Source of the DNA: an uncultured Verrucomicrobiota bacterium
Lineage (GTDB): Bacteria > Verrucomicrobiota > Kiritimatiellia > JAAZAB01
Assembly: GCA_964630555.1 (NCBI GenBank)
Contig: CAZVVD010000003.1
Coordinates: 1-61,457, forward strand
DNA length: 61,457 nt
Reading direction: 5' to 3'
Shown here: in pieces, positions 28,351 to 38,320 of the stretch
Position numbering within the stretch: the stretch's first letter is position 1
Layout: each line of letters opens with the position of its first letter
Made by a program: the position numbers and the translations under genes
The notes under the pieces: model-generated
What the model was told of the DNA's origin: nothing
What the model saw: the letters and a program-made list of their open reading frames with translations, nothing else
Databases searched by the model: none

Positions 28351-28887
28351 ATGCAAGACGGGATCGCGGGCATCCGCAACTGGTGGTCGCTGGCCCTGCG
28401 CGGTGTGGTCGCCGTGCTGTTCGGGCTGGCCATTTTCATCTGGCCGGGAATCACCCTGGAGGCGCTGGTCGTGCTCTTCGGCGCCTTCGCCTTCCTGAGC
28501 GGCGTGTGCTCGTTTTTCGCCGCCTTGAAAACCCACGCCGGCTGGATCCTGGCGCTGCAGGGTGTTCTCGGGTTGCTCATCGGCCTGGGCGCCCTGTTTT
28601 TCCCCCTGCTGGTCCTGACGATCCTGTTGGCCGTGATCGCGGTCTGGGCCGTGATCACCGGCGGGCTGGAACTGGTCATGGCCCTGCGGCTCGGGCGCCT
28701 TGGACCGGTCCGGGGTCTGCTGGTCCTCAACGGGTTGCTCTCGCTGTTCTTCGGCGTGCTGCTGATGATGCGGCCCGACACCGGCGCGCTGGTCATCGTC
28801 TGGCTGATCGGCGCCTACGCGATTCTTGACGGCTTCCTGCTGTTCGGGCTGGCCTGCCACCTGCATGGCTTGCAGAAGCGAGTGTGA
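28351..28887 (+). CDS. HdeD/DUF308-family membrane protein.
   Basis: Start at ATG 28351 (MQDGIAGIRNWWSLALRGVVAVLFGLAIFIWPG) after GGGAGGA. Repeated DUF308 TM units. Confidence 0.75.
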   Translation: MQDGIAGIRNWWSLALRGVVAVLFGLAIFIWPGITLEALVVLFGAFAFLSGVCSFFAALKTHAGWILALQGVLGLLIGLGALFFPLLVLTILLAVIAVWAVITGGLELVMALRLGRLGPVRGLLVLNGLLSLFFGVLLMMRPDTGALVIVWLIGAYAILDGFLLFGLACHLHGLQKRV

Positions 28888-28915
28888 TTCGGAAACCATC
28901 AACAAAAGGATGATC

Positions 28916-31900
28916 ATGAACACACGTTTCAGGTTGCGTTGGCAACCCTGGATGGGCGTGCTAGGGCTGGCGATCGCCGCTATTTCAGGGCCAGTGGCCG
29001 GACAAACCCCGGCGGCGGACTACAGCAAGGGATTCGCCAGGTTTTACGCCCTGGGGCTGCCCGTCCTGACCACTAACGCCGCCTATGTCAAGCTGGAGGT
29101 CTGGATGGACTACATGCAATTCGGGCGTGACCTCTCCTTCTCCGATCTGAAGCAGGAGGGCAACGCCTGGATGCTGACGCAGGATCCGGCCGAAGGCAAA
29201 GCCTGGTTCGTCGCCGATTATTGCCGGAGGGTGGAAGTCTACGATCAAAAGACGCTCCTGGCAAAGCGCAACGCCAAAATGAAAGAAGAGCGCGCCAAAA
29301 CCAAAAACGCAAAAACACTGGCCGCCAAGATCAGCGCCTGGATGATGGACGATCAGGACAGAAAGCCGGCGGGACAGTGGAAACCGGCCGATCCGAAAAA
29401 AGACATCGCGCGCATCATTGAGTTTCTCAAGAAAAGATCCGCTACGGGCTCTGCGCGCTACGACCCCTTGAAAGCCTATTCCGGTTACGGCGCCCTGCTG
29501 CTTGCCGCCATTCATTTCCACCGGATGGGATACACCCATGAAGCCAATGAAATCGTCGGCCTGCTCTTCGAAGTGTCCCAGGATCAACGCCTGGTGCTCA
29601 CCCAGGGACTGGGCCGGCTTGCTGACGCCTGTTATTCGGACATCACGGATGCGTTCTTCGCGACCGGCGACTGGAATGCCTACGCCCAGGCCCTCCATTC
29701 CCTCCTGACCGAGTTTTCCACGTCCTGGGACAAGTCGCCCGCGGTCCAGCGCCTCGCAGAACGCGTGACCGCCCGCGCCGCCCAGAAACAGGCGCCCCCT
29801 ATTGCCGGCGAAGATCTCACCGACGAGGACCGTCAGCTCGCCAACGAACTGGCCGCCGCCACCAACCTGAACCGGTCCCTCATGGCCGGCATGCTCCGGG
29901 GCCAGAACTGGATTCTGCCCGACCCCTCGCTGGCGCAACACCTGCCGCCGGGATCGAGCAATGTTCTTTCGCGCATCCTGGACCGCGGCATCAAGTCCGT
30001 CCCCCTGCTGCTTGCCCTGGTCAAGGACGACCGCATGACCATGGTGAATATCCAAAGTTTGAATCGAACCAGCTTCACCTCCTTCTCGGACGACGAGGGC
30101 ATGACCGAGGAACGCATCCAGCAGACGTACGATTCCCTGCAGCGTCCGGCGTCACGCTCCGAAATCGCCGTGATGCTCCTTGCACCGCTCTTAAAGCAGG
30201 AAGACGATCTGCGCGGCAATCGTCCGAAGCCGACGCGCGACGAGATTCACGAGCAGGCCGCCGCCTTCTACGCAGCGCACAAGAACCAATCGCCCGCGGA
30301 ACTGGCGCACTATTTTCTCAAAGAAGGCGACGACAACCAGCGCAACATGGCGATCCATTTGCTGATCCAGTCCGGCGGCACCCAGGACGTGGCGGCCATC
30401 GAAGGCTTCCTGCTGAACCCGGACAACCTGATGCGCCGATTGCAGCTGGCCAGCATGTATGTGATGCAGCGCAAAGAAAAGGCGAAGGATTTTGTCGGGC
30501 ACTATGCAGACCTGCTCAACCAACAGATGACCAACACCAGCGATAACGAGATGTTCAAGCGGGACGATTTCAAGCAGGCGGTCGAGCGGAACCTGACCCA
30601 GATGCAACTCATGACCGCCGCGCCCAAACCCTTCGCGGAGATCCTGGACAAGATCACGGCGGGAACGAACGACTGGGATATATCCGCCACAGGTTTATAC
30701 CAGGCCATGCAGGGGAAAAAGCCGGACGAACTTTTGCCGCCGCTGCTCAGCGCCGCCGGAAAGGCAACCAACGCGGACTTGCGGATCAAATTGATCGGCA
30801 TGACCATGGCGGCGACCCACATGCAAAACGCCGAGGAGGAGGAGGAGGAGATTCCGCCGCCCCTCGATATCGCGAAAACGGCCGCCTTGTGGAAACCCCT
30901 GCTGGCCGACAACCGCGCCGCCGAAACCGAGACCCCCTTTTCCGACCGGCTCGGCACGGTCGGCGACACGGCCGCGCAAGCGATCGAAATGCTTTACAGC
31001 GATGAAGCGCAGATGGATCCCTACGCGCGCTACTGGAGCCAGGGCCCGAAGATAGCGCGGGTCATGAAAGCCCGGGCCGAGGCCCGGCTGGCTGGAAAAA
31101 AAGCCGGCGAACTGCCGCCCTTGCCGTCGGCCGACAAAGTGAGCAAGGCGGAGAGAAAGAAAATTGTTGATCAACTCCTGCGGACCAAGGCGGACGAACT
31201 GGCGGCGCAGATCAAAGCCCTGGGCCCGGATAGCCTGGCGGCCCTCGGCGAGGAAGCCGATGATAACACCGTCCTCAGCGCCAAGCTGGCGCCGTTGGCC
31301 AACACCATCACCGAGGTTGCCTTCAAGCCGCACAAGGGAGAAAAAGCCACGGAACTGGATGCGCTCAAAGGCAAACAGCTCGACAAAATACAGATTGAGC
31401 TGCTGCTGGGAGTTTGCCGCCGATTCACGGAGGAGGGCAAACCCTGTTATCTCGCCATTAAACGCCAGGCCGATTTGGACGGCACCACGGTCCGAATGCA
31501 GGTGTTGTCAGCCACAAACATGAGCGCCGACACACGTCAGTATTTCGGACACTTCAGTTTCGGTTCCAACAAGAAGGCCATGATCAACGCCCTCTTGCAT
31601 GGTCCGGAGCTGAATGCCGGGGCCATGTGGTTCGTCGAACAGAAGGCCTCGCCGGCGCCGGGCACGAACACCCCGGCAGCGCAGGCCCACGAGACCGACG
31701 AGTTGACCGAAAAGGACATGCTGGAAGAAGCCAGCGCTTCGATGAATGAACGCCTCGCCGAACAGCAACTGGAATTCTGGAAAACAGCGGAGGAATTATG
31801 CCAAGGCAGCGGCAACAGCTGCCAGGCGGCGGCAATCATGTTTTTCGGAGTTCCGGTGCTTCCCGAGGGCGCAAAGACCCAGGGGAATGTGCGGAACCGC

Positions 31901-31936
31901 ACACGCTTTTCCTCCGGCGAGGGGATCATCGAATAA
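28916..31936 (+). CDS. Orphan secreted, predominantly alpha-helical 1,006-aa protein with no family recognised.
   Basis: ORF track 28826..31936. Start at ATG 28916 (or 28910) after AAGGA. Signal peptide MNTRFRLRWQPWMGVLGLAIAAISGPVAGQ. K/E/N/M-rich composition and visibly lower G+C than its neighbours. E6 run at 30835-30852. Confidence 0.7.
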   Translation: MNTRFRLRWQPWMGVLGLAIAAISGPVAGQTPAADYSKGFARFYALGLPVLTTNAAYVKLEVWMDYMQFGRDLSFSDLKQEGNAWMLTQDPAEGKAWFVADYCRRVEVYDQKTLLAKRNAKMKEERAKTKNAKTLAAKISAWMMDDQDRKPAGQWKPADPKKDIARIIEFLKKRSATGSARYDPLKAYSGYGALLLAAIHFHRMGYTHEANEIVGLLFEVSQDQRLVLTQGLGRLADACYSDITDAFFATGDWNAYAQALHSLLTEFSTSWDKSPAVQRLAERVTARAAQKQAPPIAGEDLTDEDRQLANELAAATNLNRSLMAGMLRGQNWILPDPSLAQHLPPGSSNVLSRILDRGIKSVPLLLALVKDDRMTMVNIQSLNRTSFTSFSDDEGMTEERIQQTYDSLQRPASRSEIAVMLLAPLLKQEDDLRGNRPKPTRDEIHEQAAAFYAAHKNQSPAELAHYFLKEGDDNQRNMAIHLLIQSGGTQDVAAIEGFLLNPDNLMRRLQLASMYVMQRKEKAKDFVGHYADLLNQQMTNTSDNEMFKRDDFKQAVERNLTQMQLMTAAPKPFAEILDKITAGTNDWDISATGLYQAMQGKKPDELLPPLLSAAGKATNADLRIKLIGMTMAATHMQNAEEEEEEIPPPLDIAKTAALWKPLLADNRAAETETPFSDRLGTVGDTAAQAIEMLYSDEAQMDPYARYWSQGPKIARVMKARAEARLAGKKAGELPPLPSADKVSKAERKKIVDQLLRTKADELAAQIKALGPDSLAALGEEADDNTVLSAKLAPLANTITEVAFKPHKGEKATELDALKGKQLDKIQIELLLGVCRRFTEEGKPCYLAIKRQADLDGTTVRMQVLSATNMSADTRQYFGHFSFGSNKKAMINALLHGPELNAGAMWFVEQKASPAPGTNTPAAQAHETDELTEKDMLEEASASMNERLAEQQLEFWKTAEELCQGSGNSCQAAAIMFFGVPVLPEGAKTQGNVRNRTRFSSGEGIIE

Positions 31937-32206
31937 CGTCCCGCCGTTCCAGCAACGCTGCCGGCGCGCTCACGATGCGGGCTGTGCCCGCAACCCAAGG
32001 TACCGCAGGGGTTTCCTTCAACGGCGGGCAAGGCCAGCTTTGGCTGGAGGCAGGCACGCGGCGCACCGCGCTCTACTCGTGTAAGCGCAAGCGCCGGAAG
32101 CCTGCAGACGGCTCAAGATCGCCGCCGCATTTTGCGAACCCAATTCGAAACACGCGCAGCATAAAACAGACGAGGAAGCAGTACTCATCATAGGAGGGAA
32201 ATCACG

Positions 32207-33186
<980 letters not shown>

Positions 33187-33190
<4 letters not shown>

Positions 33191-34062
33191 GCCATTCCCT
33201 GTTCAAGTATCTCAAGGCGGAAGATATCCGGAAACTGGCTAGCTTCGAGTTCGCGCCCCGCGCGCTCGTGGAAGGCTACCTGGCCGGCCGGCACAAGGCC
33301 TACACGCGCGGCTCGTCCATCGATTTCCGCGATTACCGCGAGTACGTGCCGGGCGACGACCTGGCCCTGGTGGACTGGCGGGTCTTTGCCCGCACCGACC
33401 GCCAATACCTGCGCACCTACGACCAGGAATCGCACCTGGAATGCCATGTCTTCCTGGACAGCAGCGCGTCCATGGGGTTCGGCCGCAGCCTGACCAAGCT
33501 GGAGTACGCGTCATTCTTCGCCGCCGCGCTCTGTTACCTCGTGATCAAAAACACCGACCGCGTTTCGCTCCAGATTTTCGACGATAAGATCAGGAAGTAT
33601 TATCCGCTGGGCAGCACCGGGCGCCACCTGCAAACCCTGATGCACGCCCTGGAGCACAACCGGCCCGGCAACAGGACCTCGGCGGCCGAGGCCCTGAAGC
33701 GTTCCTTTCCCCTGCTGAAGACCAAGGGAAGCCTGGTGGTCATTTCCGACTTCTTCGACGATCCCGCCGCCATTTTCAACGCCCTGAACCCCTACCTGCA
33801 CCGCGGCTTCCGCGTTCATTTCTTTCATATCCTGACGCCCGAGGAAATCGATCTTGAAGACCGCGGGTTGCTGACGTTCGCGGACATGGAAACCGGCCGG
33901 CGGGTCATCGCCCACAGCGCCAACCTGCGCGTCCCGTACCGCCAGGCCATCCAGCGCCACGTCGACAGCCTGCGCGAACTCGCCATGCGCCGGCAGGTCG
34001 ATTACATGCTCGCCCGGACCGACACCCATTATTTCAAACTCTTTGACAGGTTGACGCAATGA
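33187..34062 (+). CDS. DUF58-family protein (vWA-like partner of MoxR).
   Basis: 291 aa. GSSIDFRDYREYVPGDDLALVDWRVFARTDRQYLRTY ... VFLDSSASMGFG. ATGA overlap with moxR. Confidence 0.9.
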
Positions 34063-36089
34063 CGTTTGTCATCGGCAATAGCGCCCTGTGGCCGTTCCTG
34101 TTGCTGCTGGCCGTGCCCCTGGCGCTGCATTTGTTTGCGCGCAGCCGGCCGCCGGTCTATTTCTTCAGCTCCGTCGAGTTCATCCGGCGCATCGTCCGTT
34201 CCACCCTGCGCATCAAGCGTCCCAAGGACTGGCTGCTGCTGCTGCTGCGCACGCTGATATTTGCCGCCGTGATCCTGCTGTTCCTGCGCCCGGTGTATTT
34301 CGCGCAACGCAAGCTGGCCGGGCCGTTCCAGAAGAGACATGTCGCGATCGTCGTTGATGCCACGGCGTCCATGGCTTACCCGGACGGCGCGCAGACGCGC
34401 TTTGCCACGGCCTGCGCCGAAGCCGCCGCCATTCTCTCCGGGCTCTCCGCGCGCGATACCGCCAACCTCGTCTGGCTCAGCGCGAACCCCGAATCCGTTT
34501 TTCCGGAAATGGGCGTCAACTTCGGTTTTTTGCAGGAGGTCCTGCGCCAGCGGACGGTGACGGTCGAGGCCGGCGCCATCGACAAGACTCTGAGCCTGGC
34601 CGTCAACCTGCTGGAAGGACAGGAAGGACGCCGCGAAATCTGCGTCATTTCCGATTTTCAGAAATCGGCCTGGGAATCGGTGCAAATCACCCTGCCGCCC
34701 GCCATCGATTTGATCAAGATCAAAATCGGCGCCGTTGACGGCGCCAATGCTGCCCTGATGGACATCCGCCTGGATCCTTGCCGTCCGCTGGTTGGCGAGG
34801 ATACCGCGATTTCTTGCGAGGTCTGCAATTATTCGCCCCAACCCGTGCGCAAAACCGTATTCCTCAGCGTTGGCGAGCGCCGCCTTTCCCATGATTTGAT
34901 GGTTCCGGCCTGGAACAAAGCCACGGCCGTTTTCAAGCACCGTTTCACCGCGGCCGGGGTTGTGCCGCTAACCGCCCGCCTGTCCGAAGACCTATTCCCA
35001 GCCGACGACCGCATGGCATCGGTCGCAGAAGTCAGCGAGTTCGTGCGCGTCGGCATGTTGCCCGCGGAGCCGCTTACCGCGGCAGCCTGGCAGCGCGCCC
35101 TGCGGGCCCTCGGCTGGGTCAAGCTGGATGTCTTGGCGTCCGCCGGCCAGGCTGGGAGTCCCTCGCGGGACGCCCTTTTTCTATCCGGCTGGGATGGCGG
35201 CGACAGCGCGCCATTGCGCCAGGCCCTCCTGGCCGGCCGCGCGATCGTCTGTACCCCGGCCCGCGACCTGCCGCTCAGCCGCATCGCGGCCCTGGTGGAC
35301 GGCGCGCAGCGGCCGGACGGCGACCTTTTCCGCTGGGAGCAGGACAAGGCCGGGCATACGCTCTCCATCAGGCGGGAGCAGGATCCAGTCTTCCGCATTT
35401 TCAGCAACGGCGAATTCGGCGATTTGTCGCGGGCTTCCTTCGGCGGGCGTTTCATGTTTCCGGCGGCGGCCCTGCCAGCGGGCGACCTGCTCCTGGCCTA
35501 TGACGACGGGCAGCCGGCGCTCATTCGGTACCCGGCCGGCCTGGGCCTCCTCTACCTGTGGAACATGCCGCTCGACCCCGAATTCAGCAACTGGCCGAAA
35601 CGCTCCGACTTTCTCCCCTTCCTCGCCGAGTTGCTGCTCGCCAGCCGAAGCGGGTCGGGTGGGGAATACGAGGTGTCCCGGCTGACCACCGGTGAACAAG
35701 CGGGACTGCGGCTGGACCGCGACCTGCCGTCTTCGGAACTGGCCCTGCGCGACGAGGACGGGCAGGCGATCCCCTTGCGCGAGACGCGCGGATCGGGCCA
35801 CGCGATGTGGCTGGCCGGGCAATCCCTTAACCCGGGACTCTACACCTGGCAGCACCTGGACAAACCGCTGGCCTGGACCGTGGTGGAATTTCCGTCCGTC
35901 GAATCCGACTTGCGCGTCATTCCGCCGGAAGAATTGCAGCAACGGAACCTGGGCGCCGCCATCGTCGCGCGCGGCTTGAGCCTGCGCGACATGCACGAAG
36001 GCATAGCGCTTTGGCCCTACCTGCTGGCGCTTGCCCTGGCGGCTCTGCTGGCGGAGGGCCTGGCGGCCTGGTGGGCGGAACGATCATGA
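34059..36089 (+). CDS. BatA-type protein: aerotolerance-regulator N-terminal double-TM domain plus vWA domain plus C-terminal TM.
   Basis: 676 aa. FLLLLAVPLALHLFARSRPPVYFFSSVEFI (BatA_N pattern). HVAIVVDATASMAY (MIDAS). ATGA overlaps at both ends. Confidence 0.85.
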   Translation: MTFVIGNSALWPFLLLLAVPLALHLFARSRPPVYFFSSVEFIRRIVRSTLRIKRPKDWLLLLLRTLIFAAVILLFLRPVYFAQRKLAGPFQKRHVAIVVDATASMAYPDGAQTRFATACAEAAAILSGLSARDTANLVWLSANPESVFPEMGVNFGFLQEVLRQRTVTVEAGAIDKTLSLAVNLLEGQEGRREICVISDFQKSAWESVQITLPPAIDLIKIKIGAVDGANAALMDIRLDPCRPLVGEDTAISCEVCNYSPQPVRKTVFLSVGERRLSHDLMVPAWNKATAVFKHRFTAAGVVPLTARLSEDLFPADDRMASVAEVSEFVRVGMLPAEPLTAAAWQRALRALGWVKLDVLASAGQAGSPSRDALFLSGWDGGDSAPLRQALLAGRAIVCTPARDLPLSRIAALVDGAQRPDGDLFRWEQDKAGHTLSIRREQDPVFRIFSNGEFGDLSRASFGGRFMFPAAALPAGDLLLAYDDGQPALIRYPAGLGLLYLWNMPLDPEFSNWPKRSDFLPFLAELLLASRSGSGGEYEVSRLTTGEQAGLRLDRDLPSSELALRDEDGQAIPLRETRGSGHAMWLAGQSLNPGLYTWQHLDKPLAWTVVEFPSVESDLRVIPPEELQQRNLGAAIVARGLSLRDMHEGIALWPYLLALALAALLAEGLAAWWAERS

Positions 36090-38302
36090 ATATCAACCCG
36101 ATCTTGCCTTTGGATTATCTCGTGCTGTTGCTGGCCGCGGTCTGCGTCGCCGGCGTATTCCTGGCATGGCACAGTGCCGCCAAGGCTCCGCGCCGGTTGC
36201 GCCTGCTGCTGGCGGCCCTGCGTCTGCTGGCCCTGAGCGGCCTTGGATTGCTTGCCTTGAATCCCGGGCGCTGGCAGGCGCAAGCCGTGGATCCCAAGGC
36301 CGCCTGGGCCCTGCTGATCGACCGCAGCCTCAGTATGTCCACCCCGGACGCCAACGGAACCACCCGCTGGACCGAAGCCTGCCGCCTGGCCGGCAAGGCC
36401 GTGGCCACCGCGCGCAAGGATAGCGCGCGGATTTTCACTTTTGCCGGAGAGCTCGAAGCGCCGGTCGCCGATCCCGCCCGGCTGGGCAACCTCACACCCG
36501 ACGGACCGGATACCGACATCCCCGATTCCATCTTCGCGGCGCTCACCGCCTTCCGCGCCGGCGACACCAGGCTGACCGGCCTGCTCGTGCTTTCCGACGG
36601 ACGCCAGGTGGCCGCGACTGAGCCCCGCAAGGCAACGCTCCTGGCGCGTTCCCGCGGATCGCCGATCTTCACCCTCGCGCTGGGCGGGCCCGTGACCAAC
36701 AAGGACCTTTCCATCGCCATGGAACGCAGGCAATACGTGACGTTCACGGGCCAGAAGCTGAAACTCATGGCGCGCGTGACCAACGCCGGATTGGGCGCGG
36801 TCTCCCCGACCGTCCAACTGATCGATCCGGCCGGAAAAGTCGTTGCCGAACAGAAGGTGGTTTTTACCAATGACGGCGTCATGCCCGTCCAACTCGAGAT
36901 CGCGCCGCCGGAGCACGGTTATTTCCAGTATCGCGCCCGCCTGCCGGCCTGGGGCGGCGACGTCCGCGAGGCCAACAACGAGTCCGTCGCCGGCGTCGCC
37001 GTGCTGGCCAGTAAAATCCGGATTTTCATGGCGGAAGGCACCCCGTTCTGGGACAGCAAGTTTTTGACCCAGCTCCTGCGCCAGCAAACCAACATGGACG
37101 TCACCTCCGTTTACCGCCTCTCGGCGAACCGCTACTTCAGGGTGGATACCGACGCCTCCCGGGTGGCCGACGCGTCCGAACCGATATTCCCGGATGACGC
37201 CGCGCTGGCAAAATACGATTTGATGATCTTCGGGCGCGGCGCGGAATATTTTCTGACGCCGGACCGCATCCAAGGCTTGAAGAACTTTGTCGGCCGCCAG
37301 GGCGGCTGCGTCATCTTTGCCCGCGGCAAACCCTACAGCGGCAGCTTTCCTGAATTGGAACCACTCGAACCGGCCTCATGGGGCGAGATCATCGGGCAGC
37401 CGTTTCGTTTGCGGCCGACCCAGGAAGGCGAATACGCGGGCTTGTTCGGCGAACTGCTGCCCGACCGCGGCAACCCCGTCTGGACCCAATTGTCGCCGCT
37501 GCGGCAGGCGCATCGCTGCCAGCGGCTGAAAGCTTTTACCCGCGTGCTGGCCGAGGGCGTCGGCGCCGCCACCGACGCCGGCGCCGCTTTCTCGTTCCCG
37601 CTCGTCTTCAGCCAGCGCTACGGCAAGGGCATCGTGGTCGTGGTCAACGCCGAGGACCTCTGGCAATGGTTCTTTTTTCCCGCCCTCAGCACGGCCGGCG
37701 AAATTTACCAGGATTTCTGGATTCAATTGTTCACCTGGGCGGGAACATATTCCGATTTCCTGCCCGGCCGGCAATATGCCCTGCGCCTTGGCGAAAGCCT
37801 GGTCTATCCGGACGTGCCCGTCCGGGCCCGAATTTTCCGGCGGGCCGCCGCGGCCGAAACCAATGCGCCCTCGATCCGGGTGTTGCAGGGCGACCGGCAG
37901 GTGCTCGAACTGCCCGCCACCCCCGCCGGCGACGATGGGCGCTGGGACGCTATTTTCAGCCTCAAGCAGCCCGGGATGTACCGCGTGGAACTGGCCGGAT
38001 TGGACCCGACCTCGGTCGAGGGCGTGTATGCCACGCTCGGCATCAGGGCGCCGCCTTCGGAAATCGATGATTTCAGCGCTGACCCGGCTTTCCTGGCCAA
38101 ACTGGCTGAGGCTTCCGGCGGACGCTCGATCGGGGAGCAAGATCTGGAATCCGCGATCCATGAACTCGACCCGGCCACCCGGCCAATGAACCTGGAGAAA
38201 GCCGCATGGGCGCCGCTGTGGAACCGCGCCTGGGTGCTGAGCCTGCTGTTGGGTCTGCTCGGCCTCGAATGGTTGATCCGGCGCCGCAACGGATTATTAT
38301 AG
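36086..38302 (+). CDS. BatB-like membrane protein: vWA-like domain plus amidotransferase-like domain plus C-terminal TM anchor. Paralogue of 123..3302.
   Basis: Start at ATG 36086 (MNINPILPLDYLVLLL) overlaps the upstream stop. ALLIDRSLSMS. KIRIFMAEGTPFWDSKFLTQLL. C-terminal GLLGLEWLIRRRNGLL. Confidence 0.8.
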   Translation: MNINPILPLDYLVLLLAAVCVAGVFLAWHSAAKAPRRLRLLLAALRLLALSGLGLLALNPGRWQAQAVDPKAAWALLIDRSLSMSTPDANGTTRWTEACRLAGKAVATARKDSARIFTFAGELEAPVADPARLGNLTPDGPDTDIPDSIFAALTAFRAGDTRLTGLLVLSDGRQVAATEPRKATLLARSRGSPIFTLALGGPVTNKDLSIAMERRQYVTFTGQKLKLMARVTNAGLGAVSPTVQLIDPAGKVVAEQKVVFTNDGVMPVQLEIAPPEHGYFQYRARLPAWGGDVREANNESVAGVAVLASKIRIFMAEGTPFWDSKFLTQLLRQQTNMDVTSVYRLSANRYFRVDTDASRVADASEPIFPDDAALAKYDLMIFGRGAEYFLTPDRIQGLKNFVGRQGGCVIFARGKPYSGSFPELEPLEPASWGEIIGQPFRLRPTQEGEYAGLFGELLPDRGNPVWTQLSPLRQAHRCQRLKAFTRVLAEGVGAATDAGAAFSFPLVFSQRYGKGIVVVVNAEDLWQWFFFPALSTAGEIYQDFWIQLFTWAGTYSDFLPGRQYALRLGESLVYPDVPVRARIFRRAAAAETNAPSIRVLQGDRQVLELPATPAGDDGRWDAIFSLKQPGMYRVELAGLDPTSVEGVYATLGIRAPPSEIDDFSADPAFLAKLAEASGGRSIGEQDLESAIHELDPATRPMNLEKAAWAPLWNRAWVLSLLLGLLGLEWLIRRRNGLL

Positions 38303-38320
38303 CGGCATTGTTTCCATATC

